Assembly: GCF_009914755.1 (NCBI RefSeq)
Contig: NC_060927.1
Source of the DNA: the human T2T-CHM13v2.0 reference genome, Homo sapiens
DNA length: 64,000 nt
Direction: 5' to 3' (one strand)
Shown: in pieces, positions 15,790-29,765 of the stretch
Position numbering within the stretch: position 1 is the first letter of the stretch
Layout: each line of letters begins with the position of its first letter
Made by a program: the position numbers and the translations under genes
The notes under the pieces: model-generated
Seen by the model: only the letters and a program-made list of their open reading frames with translations
What the model was told of the DNA's origin: nothing
The model's database searches: none

Positions 15790-16220
15790 ACTCTGGCCAC
15801 CTTGATCAATCGTGTTTCACACTGTTCCTCTCCCTTCCTCATTTTCCTCTAGACTCAATGGCTTCCTTATTATTCTTTAAATGCTCCAAATTAGGTATGT
15901 TCCAGGGTTTTTGCACTTGCTGTTTCCTATGCCTGGGTGTTCTTTACTGAAGCCTGGCTTGCTCCCCCTTTTTTTTTTTTTAATTCCATTCAGATGTTAC
16001 GTCTTCAGGCGCCCAATCTCTCTGTTTCTTTATATCCCCATTACCTTCTAGTTTCTTTTTCTGATTTATTTTTTTTCCCATAGTGCTGTTCACTACCTGA
16101 TAATTATTACTTATTCACACATGTATTGTTTATTTCTCCACTGGAATGCAAGCTCCCTAAGTGCAGAGGTTTTGTCCTATTCACCACAGTATTCTCAGAA
16201 TCTAGAAAAGTATCTTGCAC
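15790..16220 (+). mobile_element. L2 3' fragment
   Basis: cagggtttttgcacttgctgtt...ccactggaatgcaagctccc...tattcaccacagtattctcag. Confidence 0.7.
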
Positions 16221-16235
16221 TGTTTTATGAAAAAA

Positions 16236-16352
16236 GAGAAAGGAAGGGAGGCAGGAAAGGGAAGGGAGAGGTTGGATGAATGGAAGCAAGGAAGGAAAGA
16301 AGGAAGGAAGGAAGGAAGGAAAGAAGTCAGGCAGGCAGGCAAGCAGGCAGGC
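16236..16352. repeat. Purine-rich (GGAA)n/(GGCA)n microsatellite
   Basis: Five consecutive GGAA at 16302-16321 within an imperfect purine tract, followed by (GGCA)n. Confidence 0.9.
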
Positions 16353-16794
16353 GGACTGCAAATCCTCAGCCTGCATAGAAACAGGTGATCTGATTTGATA
16401 AACAGCAACTGGTTGAAATAATGGCAATTTTGGTGATGAAGGGAAAAAGGAAGTATGTTGCACATTAAGAGACTCTTGGATTTTGTGGAAGACTCAGAAA
16501 ATATGTTTTTCTCTAGTGAATTTTCTTGCTACCTGAGAATCAGCAGCATGAATTTATTTGGCAAAGTATTATAGAGATAATTACCTATTTCTTTTAAATA
16601 ATAAAAGAAAATTCTTTGAACCTTTTATTTTTCTATTGCTTGTATCAGGTCAAGTATCTCTGCATAGGCTTTGTTCAATGGTGGCTATTAGAAGGGCCTG
16701 GTGGCATGGCACTGTGCCAGTGCTATGGAGGACGTGAAGACATCCAAGGAGAGAGTTCATGTCCTCTAGGAGTTTATAGTCTGAACTAGACTTC

Positions 16795-17067
16795 CTTTTT
16801 TCTTTTCTTTTTTTCCTGCCCAGGCAGGAGTGCAGTGGCCCAATCTCGGCTCACTGCAAGCTCCGCCTCCCGGGTTCATGCCATTCTCCTGCCTCAGCTG
16901 GGATTATAGGCACCGGGCGCACGGCGCCAGGTTAATTTTTTGTATTTTTAATAGAGATGGGGTTTCACCGTGTTAGCCAGGATGGTCTCGATATCCTGAC
17001 CTCGTGATCCGCCCGCCTCAGCCTCCCAAAGTGCTGGGATTACAGGCGTGAGCCACTGCGCCCGGCC
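16795..17067 (-). mobile_element. AluY with two small deletions
   Basis: Y-diagnostic ctgcaagctccgcctcccgggttcatgccattctcc and gtgttagccaggatggtctcgat; flanking (c)tagactt repeat. Confidence 0.93.
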
Positions 17068-17718
17068 TAGACTTTCACTTGCAGCATCTAAGACGGTTCA
17101 TGGATGATTAAGAGCTAATATGAGTACTGCCTTCTAAAAATACTGGAGAGATTCTCAGGACAAAAGTGATGCACATAGGCCAGAAACGTAAGAAATCCTT
17201 GTAAAGCAGATAGGATTTGCACCATACCATGAAGGAAAGGTCAGATTCTGCTGACAGAGAAATAGGGATGATGGATAGTATGATTCAATGTGCAAAGGTG
17301 GAAATGCCTGATGTGTTTGAGGAACCAGGAGGGCAAGCTTCTCTGCCCTTGGCTTCTTCATTAGAGTGGAGGCAATGGCCTCTTGGTCCACTTTGGAAAC
17401 ACCATATGTCATACTGCACCCTGCCATCTGATTTCCTTTTCAACTTTTGTGGTTAAGTTGGATAATTTCTAGTTTGAGACATTATTTCCTCTTGAGCAAA
17501 GCTACTCACTCTATACCACACGATCCTCCCTTTTCTAGGTGTAGACTGAGCTCTTTCTTGTCTCAGTTTTGTGACGTTGGACTCCATTATCCATGTTTAT
17601 TTTGGAACTTTACCACCATTGGTGGAAAAATGGAAGATAATTGCTTTCTCAATCCCCATCTCTAAAGAAATTATGTGGGATACTAGCTCAGGCAGTGAGG
17701 TCACCCAGTATAGGATGG

Positions 17719-18021
17719 TGTCTTAATCTATTTGGGCTGCTATAAAAAAATACCATAGGCTGGGTGGCCTATAAACAACAGAAATTTATTTCTCACGGTT
17801 TTGGAGTCTGGGAAGTTGAAGATCAAGGCAGCAGAAGAGTTAGTGTCCATGGAAGGCTTGCTCTCTGGTTTATAGATGGTGCATAATGGGGTAGGGCCTC
17901 TTTTATAAAGGTACTAATCTCATTCATGAGTGTGAAGCGCTCCACCTCCTCATACTATCACCTTGGGGTGAAGACTTCAACATATAAATTTGGGGGGAAC
18001 ATAAACATTCACATCACTGCA
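17719..18021 (-). mobile_element. MLT1A-type MaLR solo LTR
   Basis: TG...CA termini with exact 5-bp TSD GATGG (17714-17718 and 18022-18026). Confidence 0.88.
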
Positions 18022-18238
18022 GATGGAATGATAGAATATCTCAAAGTCAAAGCTGTAGGGAGCATCCAAATCAAGGATATCTCAGGAGCTCTTGCCATCT
18101 TTCAAATCAGGGCCTCTTAAAGGGCGTTGAAGCCCACTGGATCAAGCTCAGTTATCACATGCCTCTTCTGCCATGGAGAATTTAAGCAATTCCTAGCCAC
18201 TTGTTGCAATTTCTGGGTGACAGATGCTCCCTGAATGA

Positions 18239-18617
<379 letters not shown>

Positions 18618-20319
18618 TATTTATTTATCTTTAGGGGAAAAGTTACTAGTCCTGCATGTGGTCACCTGGGATATAAGCTAGGTGATTTAGGAGTAGTTTT
18701 GGCTTCTGTGAGGGTGTTAGAACATAAAGTGGATTCAATTCAGATTTACAGCTTTGAGCTTCAGAATACTCAGTCATATCTCCTGAATTTTCTCTCCCTT
18801 TTCATCCAGAGAAGGTTTCCTGTTGATTATGGTATCTTTGCATCCTCACTCCTCACTTCCTAGCTTCCTGGGGAAAGGTGAGTGATACTCATGGAAACTT
18901 AGCTCCTCTGAGCAGTTCCAAATGCCAACAAAGAAGGCAGTGGATAAAATTTTAAGAAATCATGTAGAAAGAAGACCATCTCTGCATCTGCTTATGCCAG
19001 GGGCAAATTTGTGGTAAACAAACAAACAAACATCATTTTGCCTATGAATCATGATGTGGCATTGGAACTTGCCCTGGGGCAAAGGGGAAGGCAACAAAGA
19101 TCTAAGAACAGATGGAACCCTATTTACTTGACACTGTAGAAAGCTATTGTAGAAATTATTGGTTTTGGGGAAAAGGTATTTTAATTAAATGGGTCTTTGA
19201 GAGAGGGACAGTGTCATATACTTGGCATTTTATATCAAGGATTTTTTTCTCTTTTTTAAAAATGTTTCCTTCTATATTTTTCATCATATTGTATCATCTC
19301 AGTTCACTTCCCACTTCCGCATTCACTTCTCAGCCTCCTTTTTCTTATCACGCAGTGCTCCTTAAAGACCAGCCATTGGGATGCATCTATTCTCTTCCTA
19401 CCTCTCCCCTTGGTTCTTTCATCTTCTATAGACTCAGCTATCATCAACATGTGGACGAGTTCATGATCCTATGATCCAAAATCCCAAGATTTTATCATTA
19501 TTCATTAATTCTCAAATCAAAAGTCATGCCTTTCTTTCCCTCCGCACTTTAGCTGAGTGTCTATTCTGGCCTGATGGACAACTCTATCAGAATGACCTAT
19601 AAGCATGACTTTTCTGTTAACCAGTTTCAGGGCTTGTGGCTGGCTAATTCTGTTGTATTAATATGTTTTGTTTGATGGACACACTGTTTTTTGTTTGTTT
19701 GTTTGATTTTGTAAATTGATTTTGAATATGCATTCCCCAGCTTATCAAAATTTCCACAGTGGAATCCCTGGCATTTTGTACCTGCCACTTAGTATATTTC
19801 TTTTACCTGCCTCTCCCTGAAGACCCATGAGCTTGTGACCCCAGCCTTAGAGATGTTTTTGGTTTTTTTCTCCCTGCCCACTTCACTCCTTCCCAATCAC
19901 CATATCTACGCAGTGCCAAAGCCCTATTCATATTATCTCCTCAGTGTTCACCAAGTCCATGCCATTCTTTCCAATTCCTTCTGTCACTTTACCTGAACAT
20001 CTGCAATAGAATCCTAGCTCTGTTCTGCTCACCTATGATGAATCCTTCTGAAAATGACATAAGATGGTGGCAATTCCCAGATCTAACATTCTTAATTGAC
20101 TTCACATTTTGACCTAATTAAGTCAACTCTTTTTATCCTGGCTCCCTCTCCTGTCCCAGCTACCATTTATCTATTTTAAAATGTATCTCCTACTTAAGCC
20201 CAAGCAGATTGTTCACAGTTCCCCCAGTGTAACCTAAAATGTCCTGCCTCTGTATCTCTGCCCTGGTCTCCCCTCTCTGACTCTGTGTATTGACATCCTA
20301 TCTTCCTTTTAAGGCAGAC

Positions 20320-20640
20320 TCATGTAGGAGCAAGGCAGTTGAAAGAAAGGAATAAAGCAGGTCATGGGTTGGGTGCAACAGGGAGTGATGGGGACTGTAG
20401 CAAACTGGAAAACTTGGGTCTGGTTTAAAGGGATAGCCACTATTCTCATCTAGGTAACTACTACCGGGTTAGAATGTAGACCTAGAATTTTTGGATTTTG
20501 CAAGAGAAGCCAGAATTCTAGATATTTTAATGCAATATTCAGAAGTTTCAGTGAATTTATAGAAAATACTTCTAAAATATCACATGTGCTGAACGAAACC
20601 CATGCATGGGCCTCATTTAGCCGGTAGGTTTCCATTGGTA
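20320..20640. mobile_element. hAT-Charlie MITE relic (MER102-like)
   Basis: ggggactgtagcaaactgga...aaagggatagccac...gaagccagaattctagatattttaatg motifs. Confidence 0.5.
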
Positions 20641-21946
20641 GCTCAGAATCCAGCCATATATGAAGCTTTCCTTTCCTGATTCTCCATCGTGTGTCTCCTC
20701 CCTTCTTCCTTTGGCAGAAGAAAGTCCTTTATATGTCTTGCTGTGTGGCACTTACCTGCTTCGTATATGGGTGATTGCTTTCCTTACCATGTAACCTCCG
20801 TGAAAACTGAGATGGATCTTACTCAGTTCTGCCTTAGTCTTCTGGAAATTGAAACAGTGTTTGCATACATTGAGCATGTTTTAGTAGGTACATTTTAAAA
20901 TGGACTACATAGTAGTAACCTTGTATTATACATGCCTAATAATTAGGAGCCAGCAATGGGGCAGACTAGACATGTTAGGTAATAAAAATGTACATACACT
21001 TCCCAATCTTTGCCCCTCCACCAATATTTTGACTTGCTTTTAATGCATCCTTAGCCCTGGGAATGCCCCTTCGCCCTAAGTAGGAATTCTACTACTTAGG
21101 GAAATACTTCACACTAATTTTTTCCCAGGTCTGTAATTTTTTCCTAGCTCACTTGGATTCTGGATCTCTCTATAGAGAAACATGTATTTGAAATTTTCAT
21201 TTTTTCAGACTTACAATTATAAAGAGAGGTTTCTCTGCCTTTCATAGTATAGTTTCTGGTGGGAAAGAAAAGGGTTTAAGAACAATGTTAAATAACAGTA
21301 TTAAAATGTGTTTCTCATTATATGCTTAGGTTTGGGATGATTTTTCCTGTTAGCTTTAACTATTTAATGTGTTATAGAATACTGAAACTCAGAACTGGAG
21401 GTGTTTTGAGGCAAACCAAGTGTGAATCCATTTTATGCTTTTGCTCTGTTTTTCATAAAATGAAAAATGAGCATATAAGGTCAAACTTGAGTGCTTTGTC
21501 TTAACATTAAAATTTAGTAAAATCTCATGTCTTATAAACTGCAGAAAAATAGAAGAGTTTTGTGGCAAAGAAAAAAAGCAACAGATGAAGAATGCTATTC
21601 TTGCAGGATGAATGATTGAACATAGCCACTGATCCCCATTTTCCATAGCCTGCCAAGACTGAGAAATGAAAATGCCATACAGCCTGCGTGTTTGCTTGGG
21701 CTGTGAAATTCCACATGGTTATCCCAAAGCCAAGGGTAACAGCTGAGAGAAACCTGAAAATAATGAAATGTGATTGATTACACTTGGGAAACACAGCAAG
21801 CCTTGTTGAAACTAGTATAAAAATAACGTAACATACAACGGCCCCAGAAATAATCACAATGTTGAGCCCAGGTCATGTTGTGTGAAATCACTCAAGTTTT
21901 TCTGATTAATTTGATCCAAGGCTGCATTTGCTAGGAAGGTTTGCTC

Positions 21947-21966
21947 TGTGTGTGTGTGTGTGTGTG
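21947..21966. repeat. (TG)10 microsatellite
   Basis: Direct reading. Confidence 0.95.
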
Positions 21967-22415
21967 CGTACATGTACTTTGAGTACTTATTAGAGATTCA
22001 GCAGTTACTGTGGTTGGCAAGCAGAAAGCTAAAGCTTGTAACTGATTTACAGAGGATTTCTTTCTCTTAATTGGCCAGCTGTGGTTCAAATCTCATTTTT
22101 GTGAATGTAGAGGCTTTTGTATAAATGTCAAGCACAATGGGTCTTTTGGTTAAGGTCAAATTTTGTGCCTTTTACATTTTATAGCCCTACCCCCATCTTC
22201 CAGAGAGCTTTGCAAAGGTTGAATTTTTAACATCCAGTTCTTTATTCTTTTTTCCACCCCCGAGTTGCCTATTTCTGAGCTAGGCTCCTTTGTTTAAAGA
22301 GGATTAGATTTCTTTCAATAAACATTTTTTTTTCCAAACATCCTAGTCATGTTCCTTTCATTGTATAAGCAGTGGTTCTTTGCCAGCAATAGACATCACT
22401 ACTGATTAACTTGAG

Positions 22416-22801
22416 TGTCTTTGTCTGTTCCTGCTGCTGTAACAAAATACTTCAGACTAGGTAATTTATAAATAATAGAAATTTACTTCTGACAGTTCTG
22501 GAGGCTGAAAAGTCCAAAATCAAGTCCCCTGCAGATTTGGTGTCTGTGAGGGCCGTTATCTCTGATGCAAAGACGGCACCTTGTTGCTGTGTCTTTACAT
22601 GGTGGAAGGAGTGGGAGCGACTGAGAGGGAAAGAGACAGAAGGAGGACCTCACTCAAGCCCTTTTATGAAGGCACTAATCCCGTTTATGAGGGTGGAGCC
22701 CCCATGACTTACCACTTTCCCAAAGGACTATTAATACTGCTGACTTGGAGATTGAGCTTCAATATGAATTTTGGAGAGACACAAATATTCCAATCATAGC
22801 A
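22416..22801 (-). mobile_element. MST-type (MSTB/MSTC-like) MaLR solo LTR
   Basis: TG...CA termini with exact 5-bp TSD TTGAG (22411-22415 and 22802-22806). Confidence 0.88.
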
Positions 22802-23734
22802 TTGAGCAAAGAAAGAAATTTACTAAAAGGATACAGAGTGCTCAACAGAATTAAAGGAAAAGCAGAATAGCCATGCGTAAGACAGGAAAGAGGTTTTCTA
22901 GTGAAAACAAACATCCTTTCTAGGGTACTAGTGACAGAATAAATAAACTCCAACAGTCCTCTGTTGTTAGTTTATACCATTTGAAGTAACCTCACAGTGG
23001 TGGTAGAGATACGAGGTAAGTGGAAATGTGCTGCGTCTTAAACCCTGAGCTCAGACTGGCACACTGCTGTTTTAACTTACATTTATTTGCCGAAGCAAGT
23101 CACGTGGCCAAGCTCAACACCGTGGAGCTGGGAAATATTTCTTTCTTCTAGCAGAAGGAAGAGCAAATTCACAGCCAAAGGGCACGGACACAGGAAGGGG
23201 TAAATAATAGTGGCCAGTCATTCCATGTATCACAAAGTTATTTACTAAAGAGGATAGGGAGTGGTGATATCAAGAGGGAGGATAGAAGCAAGGCAAGCAA
23301 ACAAGTTCTTCAGTGGAACACCAGTAGCATTTATAATCTGTCCTGCACATTGGGGGTGCTTGTGAAGTTCCTTGAATAAGATTGTGGGTGTGGAAAGAAG
23401 CTCTGGGTGGCTTTGGAAAGCAAAGTTTCTGGTTTGTGCATGTATGTATATGTGGAGAACTGCTTCTCTGGGAAGTGGTCCTGGAGTTACCTTTTCCATC
23501 TGTGGGAAAGGGAAGAAAGAGGCTTTCTTCTGACCATCACATCTGATGTTGCAGAAGGCAGAGGTTCAGCATTACATATGCAACCAGCTCTTGTATATGT
23601 GCCCATGCTACATAGATGCTCATTTGATGCACCTTTTATCCTTCAAGATTTTTCTTGGCATTCTATTAAACTCTTATTTGAAAAAAGATGTTGGAATTAT
23701 AAGGAGGTTTACACCATGGACATTTGCATCTTTT

Positions 23735-24290
23735 TGGATGTTGTGGTTATTTATTACCATGTAACAAATGATCCTAAAACCTAGTGACATAGAACAACCA
23801 TTTATTATGCTTGTGGATTCTGTGGGTCAAGAACTCAGACAGGGAACAGCAGGGATGGTTTGCTTCTGATCCACAATGTCTGGACCTTAAGATTGAAGAC
23901 TCAAGAAGTGGGTGTGATGGACAGCTGGGATCTAGGATCGTTTGAAATCACTGTTACTCACATTCTTGGTGGTGGTTAATGGTGGCTGTTGGCTGTGACA
24001 TCTACACATTCCCTCTCCATGTAGTCTGACCATTTTCTCCACATGGTGGCTGGGTTCTGAGAGTGAGCGTTCCAAGATAGAGAGACAAGTGGAAGTTGTA
24101 TTGCCTGTTCAAACCTACCCTCTGATACAGTGTCACTTTTATAGCATTCTATTCATTGAGGCAGTTACAAAGGCCCACCTCATTTCAAGGGGGAGAGGAA
24201 TAGATTTACCTTTTTATGGTAAAGATAATGGAAGAACATTTGGAATCCAAAACATTGATGAAGGTATTTTTGGAAATATAATCTACCTAA
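23735..24290 (-). mobile_element. Old MLT1 (F-I type) LTR
   Basis: gtaacaaatgatcctaaaacctagtg...tctgtgggtcaagaa...acatggtggctgggtt...aggcccacc motifs. Confidence 0.7.
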
Positions 24291-25145
24291 GTCAGCTGTC
24301 TGGCCACAACAATGCATAGCCGTTCCACATACTCACTCTTCCGTCAAAAACCCTAAAGCCTCATCTGATAACGGCAGCGTCAGTGTCAGGCTTGGGGCCC
24401 AGGATGCTATCATAAACTGCAGGATACTTCCCACAGGCCATGCTTACTTTTGTATCTATACCCAGGGACCTCCCACTGAGGTTCATGCATTGATTATTCA
24501 GCAGGTAGAGATATATAAAGCCTGGTCCAAACTGAGTGTAGGGGTTTGTCAAAGTTCAACACCAAGTGAATCTGAGATCCAGACTCCCTCAGCGGAGAAC
24601 TGGAGTGAAAATTTGGCACAGAACAGAAAACTAGCTGGGGGCAGGCCACACATATTAGAGGTTGGTTAGGGAGGCTTTAGGTCATATGGTTTTATTGCTG
24701 CCTCTGGGACTTAGGGAACTGCTGAGCATGTAAGAAGAATGATAGTAGAGAGGTCTCCCAAGCAGAGCAATTTTCAGATTATTCTTTGGAAAGAATACCA
24801 TTGATAGTAATCTAAGGAATGTTTGACAATGCTGTGAACCTCAGAGCTTAGGATGTGGTCTTCCTAGCAACAATACCTCAGAGGCCTTATCATCTACCAG
24901 GGACATTTAAGGAGGCAGAGTGCCAGCCCTCCTGCTCAAGAGACCCTTCCCTGTGCCCTTTTCAGTCTTTGAGGCTTTTCCTCTTCTCTCTTTTTGCCTT
25001 TAGAATAATCTCTTCAATCAGCTTAGACTTTGGAAAACAAAAGCCAAAGCAGGAAGTGTGTTGCACAGTCTCTTCTTTCCAACCTGCTGCTGCACTCCTC
25101 TGACTGCTGGACTTCAGAAAGGGAAAGAGGACAATGCAAGGAAAG

Positions 25146-25155
<10 letters not shown>

Positions 25156-25186
<31 letters not shown>

Positions 25187-25187
25187 T
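25156..25187. repeat. (TA)n microsatellite followed by poly(T)
   Basis: Direct reading. Confidence 0.95.
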
Positions 25188-27169
25188 AAATCAAACAAGT
25201 GAAGTTATATTTTGACACTTATTCCGTCTGTTTTATAATTAGTTGTATATTTGTACTTCTTACTCGATTGGAAGCCATAATATCATTTTTTTCTATTGCA
25301 TTTTCCCCAACTTCTTAGCTTGAGAATTTTCACACATATGGAGAAGTTGAAGGAATAGAAAAAAAGATGCAACCCACAAACTTACTACTTTTATTCAAAT
25401 TGTTAACATGCTGTCACACTCAATTTATGTAGATATAGGTTGCTATTGATGACCTATTTAAATGTGTCCAACATGACATTCTACCCTTAACTACCTCAGC
25501 CCACAACTCTCAACTGTAAGGACAAACTATCTCATAACCATCATGCTATGCTAACATCTAAAAAAATCCAGAGTAATTCCTCATGGCCACCTAATACACA
25601 TTCTGCATTCAGTTTCCCGAGTTGAGAAAAGACTGTATTTTCATTCCTATTTGTATCTTAGTGGAGAATATGGCTTTCTGTTGAACTCAAGAATCCGAGT
25701 GCTGCTAAAGACATTAGGAACCATTTTCTCACAGCAAGTAGCCTTCCCTCTTGTACTTGCAGATGTGTTTCTCTAGGCCTTTTTAGCTTTGCTCTTCTTT
25801 CCCATCCCCCCAATACTCTGATGCTGTGGAAATGAGATTAAATGGTTTCACTTAGAGATAGGAATTTTAGAAAGATAGGGTTGCATTTTCTTTCTACTGG
25901 CACAGCAATCCTGCTCACCTTTCTGAGGGTTCTAGTGAATTTTGCGATCTGGGGATTGGTTATTCAGACAGTGGATTATGCAGAGGTTTTTCCTTCTCTT
26001 ATTTTCTTGTTTGCTTCTAGGCCATGTTACTGACTGAAATATTTTCATGAATGAAAAAAATCAAAGGAAAGAAAACTCAGTGTTCATTCCTTTTTTTTTA
26101 AATAGCAGTTTTGGTCAAAGGGTTGGTAATGATTGAATCTCAGGCTAGATTTAGGTTTGTGGATTATGACTGCATTTTCCCTTGCCAGAATTTTTTTGTT
26201 CCCATTTGTGAGGATGGTCAAGAGTTACTCTTAATACATAAAGTACATTAAGGAACTTAAAGAGTTTATATCAGTATCAGAAATTGTTATAAAAACTGTC
26301 AATCAGGAAATGTTATCACCACTAATGGGAAAGAAATGGAGTCTGATACAATTCAGAGACAGCCTTTCCATTTGATGTGAACAAAGCTAAACCCAATTCT
26401 TAAGTTAGATTTATAATTCATTTCTCTGTTGCTATTTGATTTTCATGACTTTGAACAGAGTGCTTTAAGTACTATATCCAAAATATATTAACATTTTAAA
26501 AAACATATATTTATATATTGCTAGGTAGCCTAATGAAAGTGAATATTTTTACTTGGATTATTTGTAAAAGCAAAGCTTTCAATCAAACTGCTACATGATT
26601 GAATCGTTGACTCTAGTCTTAAACGCTCAGCATACTTAGACATAAGTTCAACAATAAAAAGGACTAAAGTACCTTGAGATGATCCTAGACTCAGACAATC
26701 CATTCCAGAAGAAATACAGTCATTGTTCACATTTATTTAATCAGAAAATGAAAATGAATGCTTAAAATGGGAAGGGAAATGACAGTAGAAAGAAAACATA
26801 TAGTAACAAACAAGTTTTAAAGCATAAAAAATACCAAGATTTATTTTATTAATGTATATATGCACCAAAGAATGTATGCTTTATCAGATTAATCTGTTTT
26901 GTTTTTCTCCAGTGCCCTTTGCAAAACATGAAAAGTGGTATAGTTGGTTGGTAAGATGTCAACTGTGTGTCTTCACCTCTTGAGGGAAAGCCCATGAAGG
27001 CAGACATTTTCTGTCTTGTTTATTACTGTATCATCAGTGTCTGGTAGAAGACGGTCTGGCTCATAGCATATGCTCACTAAGCATCTATTGAATAAATGTA
27101 TGAATTTGATCTTGTCTAGCTAGATCATTTTATAATTTACCAGCTCAATTATTAAAGGAGCCACTGTTA

Positions 27170-27286
27170 ACATTAGTTAAATAATAGTTAAATATTAATT
27201 GTTAAATAATAATTAAGTTATATAATAATAAATAATTAAAAGTTATAGTTAAATAATAATAGTTAAATTATTATTATTAAATAATA
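27170..27286. repeat. AT-rich low-complexity tract with recurring AGTTAAATAAT units
   Basis: Several imperfect (a)gttaaataat copies. Confidence 0.75.
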
Positions 27287-29594
27287 GCTCAGGTTTTTTT
27301 TCTTTGTTGAAAATTTACTTTTTTCTCTATTTAAATGACAATTTAGCAAGTTTTTATTATGTCCATGGTCCATAGTTATAAAATAGAAATCAGGTATTTA
27401 AAAACTCAGTCTAAGGTTCCCTTTGAATGAAAATTACTCATTGACATTCCTGACCTTCCAGACTTCCAAGGAAAGAGAGTTGATAGCAAGTGCAAGAGAG
27501 ACAACATTTCTGCCAAACTTCGTGTTTGGAATTACTTTGAGTTGTAACATTGTCTGTTTCTCCCATGTTGTAAGAAAGGTTAAGAGGTTGAGCACCTCAT
27601 GAACTATGGGACACTGAGAAATTCTCCACTTTTTCCCTAATTGGATCTTCATAATGGATCTTAATGATTATGTCTATAACAGTTGGTACATCAGGAATAC
27701 CCCTTGTGCTGTGGTCTTGATTTAAAGTACATTACTGAAAATAGTAAAATCACCTTTGTGTAACTTAAGTTATAAGTCCCCCCTACCAAATGTTTTCATT
27801 ATTTAAAAAGATCTGTAGGACTTCTGATGTCTCTGAAGGTTAAGGAAATTTGAGTTCAAGGTTACTGAGTGCTATTACCTCTTACCTCTTCTGTGAAAAC
27901 TCATCATACACTTTTTAATTCACAAGGAAAAGGAAGTCTAGATTGTTTCTCCATGGCTCTGTGCTAGAGACACAAAACAAGGTATGTTAAGCTCTGAAAT
28001 GATAGTCATAAAAATAAAATATTTCATATGAGTTTTGCTTTGAGTTTCTTACAATAATATGGTTGGTCCTTATTAAAGTTCCATTCTCACTAGGAAGATA
28101 TTCAGCTTTTTCGACAGGGACTGGTGAGTTCTAGGGAATCCCTAATGATTCTTCGTCTTTGCAGCTTCCTTATTCTTTCATCAATGAGCTATTTTGAACT
28201 GCCCATGTTTGAGTTTGACCTTGCAAATGACAGAAATGAACTTAGTAGTTTGCCCAGCCTCTTAATCTCGTGGCTGAGGCCTCGTTTTGAACCTAAATGA
28301 ATATCAAGTTGCTCCAATTCCAATGATGTATGACTTTGTGAATACCATTGGTCACAGGATCAATGGGGTTGACAGAAAAGCTACAGCTCCTCCAATGTTT
28401 ATTTTTTACATTAAATTCAAGTAATCCTTTCAAGATGAAAAGTCTCCTCTTATGTTTCCAGAGCCAAGTAAGCTCCGACAGAGAAATCTCATGTCTTGAT
28501 AATGGCTTCCTTCTTCTCACCCCCAATTATATAATCCTTCTTCTTTCCCTCTTTCACCAAAACAGCATGCACCTTTTCATCAGCTTATTTCAGTCGGTTC
28601 TGAGATTCTGAATTATCAAGAGAGCAAAGGATGCCAGATTTATGACACTTACTTTTAAGAGAATCATTCAGATTGCCTCTGAAAGCAGGAGGCCGTAGAT
28701 GGGCACTGTGGTTTACCTTCTATCTCTGCACAAAGGAAAGTTCCTCTGCGTATGTCTGCCTAGACCCACATTGATCAGATAGGCCACTCACTGTCCAGTC
28801 CCATGGGGGACATGCAGGCAATGCCTTGGTTTCATAAAGAAAAGAAAAGCTCAGGTTTTTAATTTTGCTCAGATCCTCAGGCAACGCATGATTCAGACAG
28901 ATAAGCTTTGAGGATGACAAAGAGGTGCCTGTTCCCCCAAGGATGGAAAGCAGGGACAATAGGAGTCAGAATATAAGCTTCTCTGACTTTCTTATACATC
29001 TTTTTGATTTATTTATACAACAAGAATTTATCAAGCTCCTATTCTGTGTCCAGCATGGCTCTGTTCCTTGTCACTTCAGTTAAAGATGTTGAGCTTCCAG
29101 AACTTTTATTAGTTTTCCTAGACCTCCCTCCTACTCCCTCCACAAACATCTAGAAAAGTGCTCTGGATTTTCTGTCAGAAGGAGCTGGGTTTGAATTCTG
29201 TTTCTGCCACTTGGGAATATCAAGGATGTAGGTGCTATTTTGTTCACCCTCCTTCCTAACAGTATATGACTTCCCTTGGGGGGATTATCTTGTCCATTTT
29301 GTGGTCAGTCTTCGTGGGAATACAAGTCTAGGCAAGATAGTACTCCAAACTTCTCTCCCAGGATTTGAATCTTGAGTGAGACCTGATAAAAATGCCCAGG
29401 CCCATTTATCCCAGCAGATGTTCGAGTAGTTCCTGGTGCTGGGAGTTTTCCTGGTTCTCGTCTTATTTCCTAGTTCTCTGTGAATTCAGGAAGGTATCAG
29501 TATCCTGATAATTGATTTTCGTTTGTGTTTAAATTTGCCAGTGTTGGTTTCTGTGGCCTTCAAGCAAAGAAACCCTGGTTGATACACATTAGGT

Positions 29595-29765
29595 CCAGTT
29601 ACTCAACGTCTTTGAGTCTTTGTTTCAGCATTTCTAAAATTAGAGAAATAATGCCTGCCTCATGGAGTGGAATGTGGACCAAATGAGATGGCATAGTAAG
29701 GAGCATGGCACAGTGCCCACCCCACAGAAGGTACACAATAAATGGCAGGTAAGTTACCATTGTGA
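29595..29765 (+). mobile_element. MIR
   Basis: agttactcaacgtctttgagtctttgtttc...taaaattagagaaataatgcctgcctcat core. Confidence 0.7.

Noticed and set aside
16107-16463. 118-aa PSFL-rich ORF
   Set aside because: Translation of the (TTCC)n microsatellite and L2.
28090-28620. Coding-looking ORFs on both strands (28293-28526, 28348-28611)
   Set aside because: No recognisable domain, internal stops in extended frames, no consistent exon structure.
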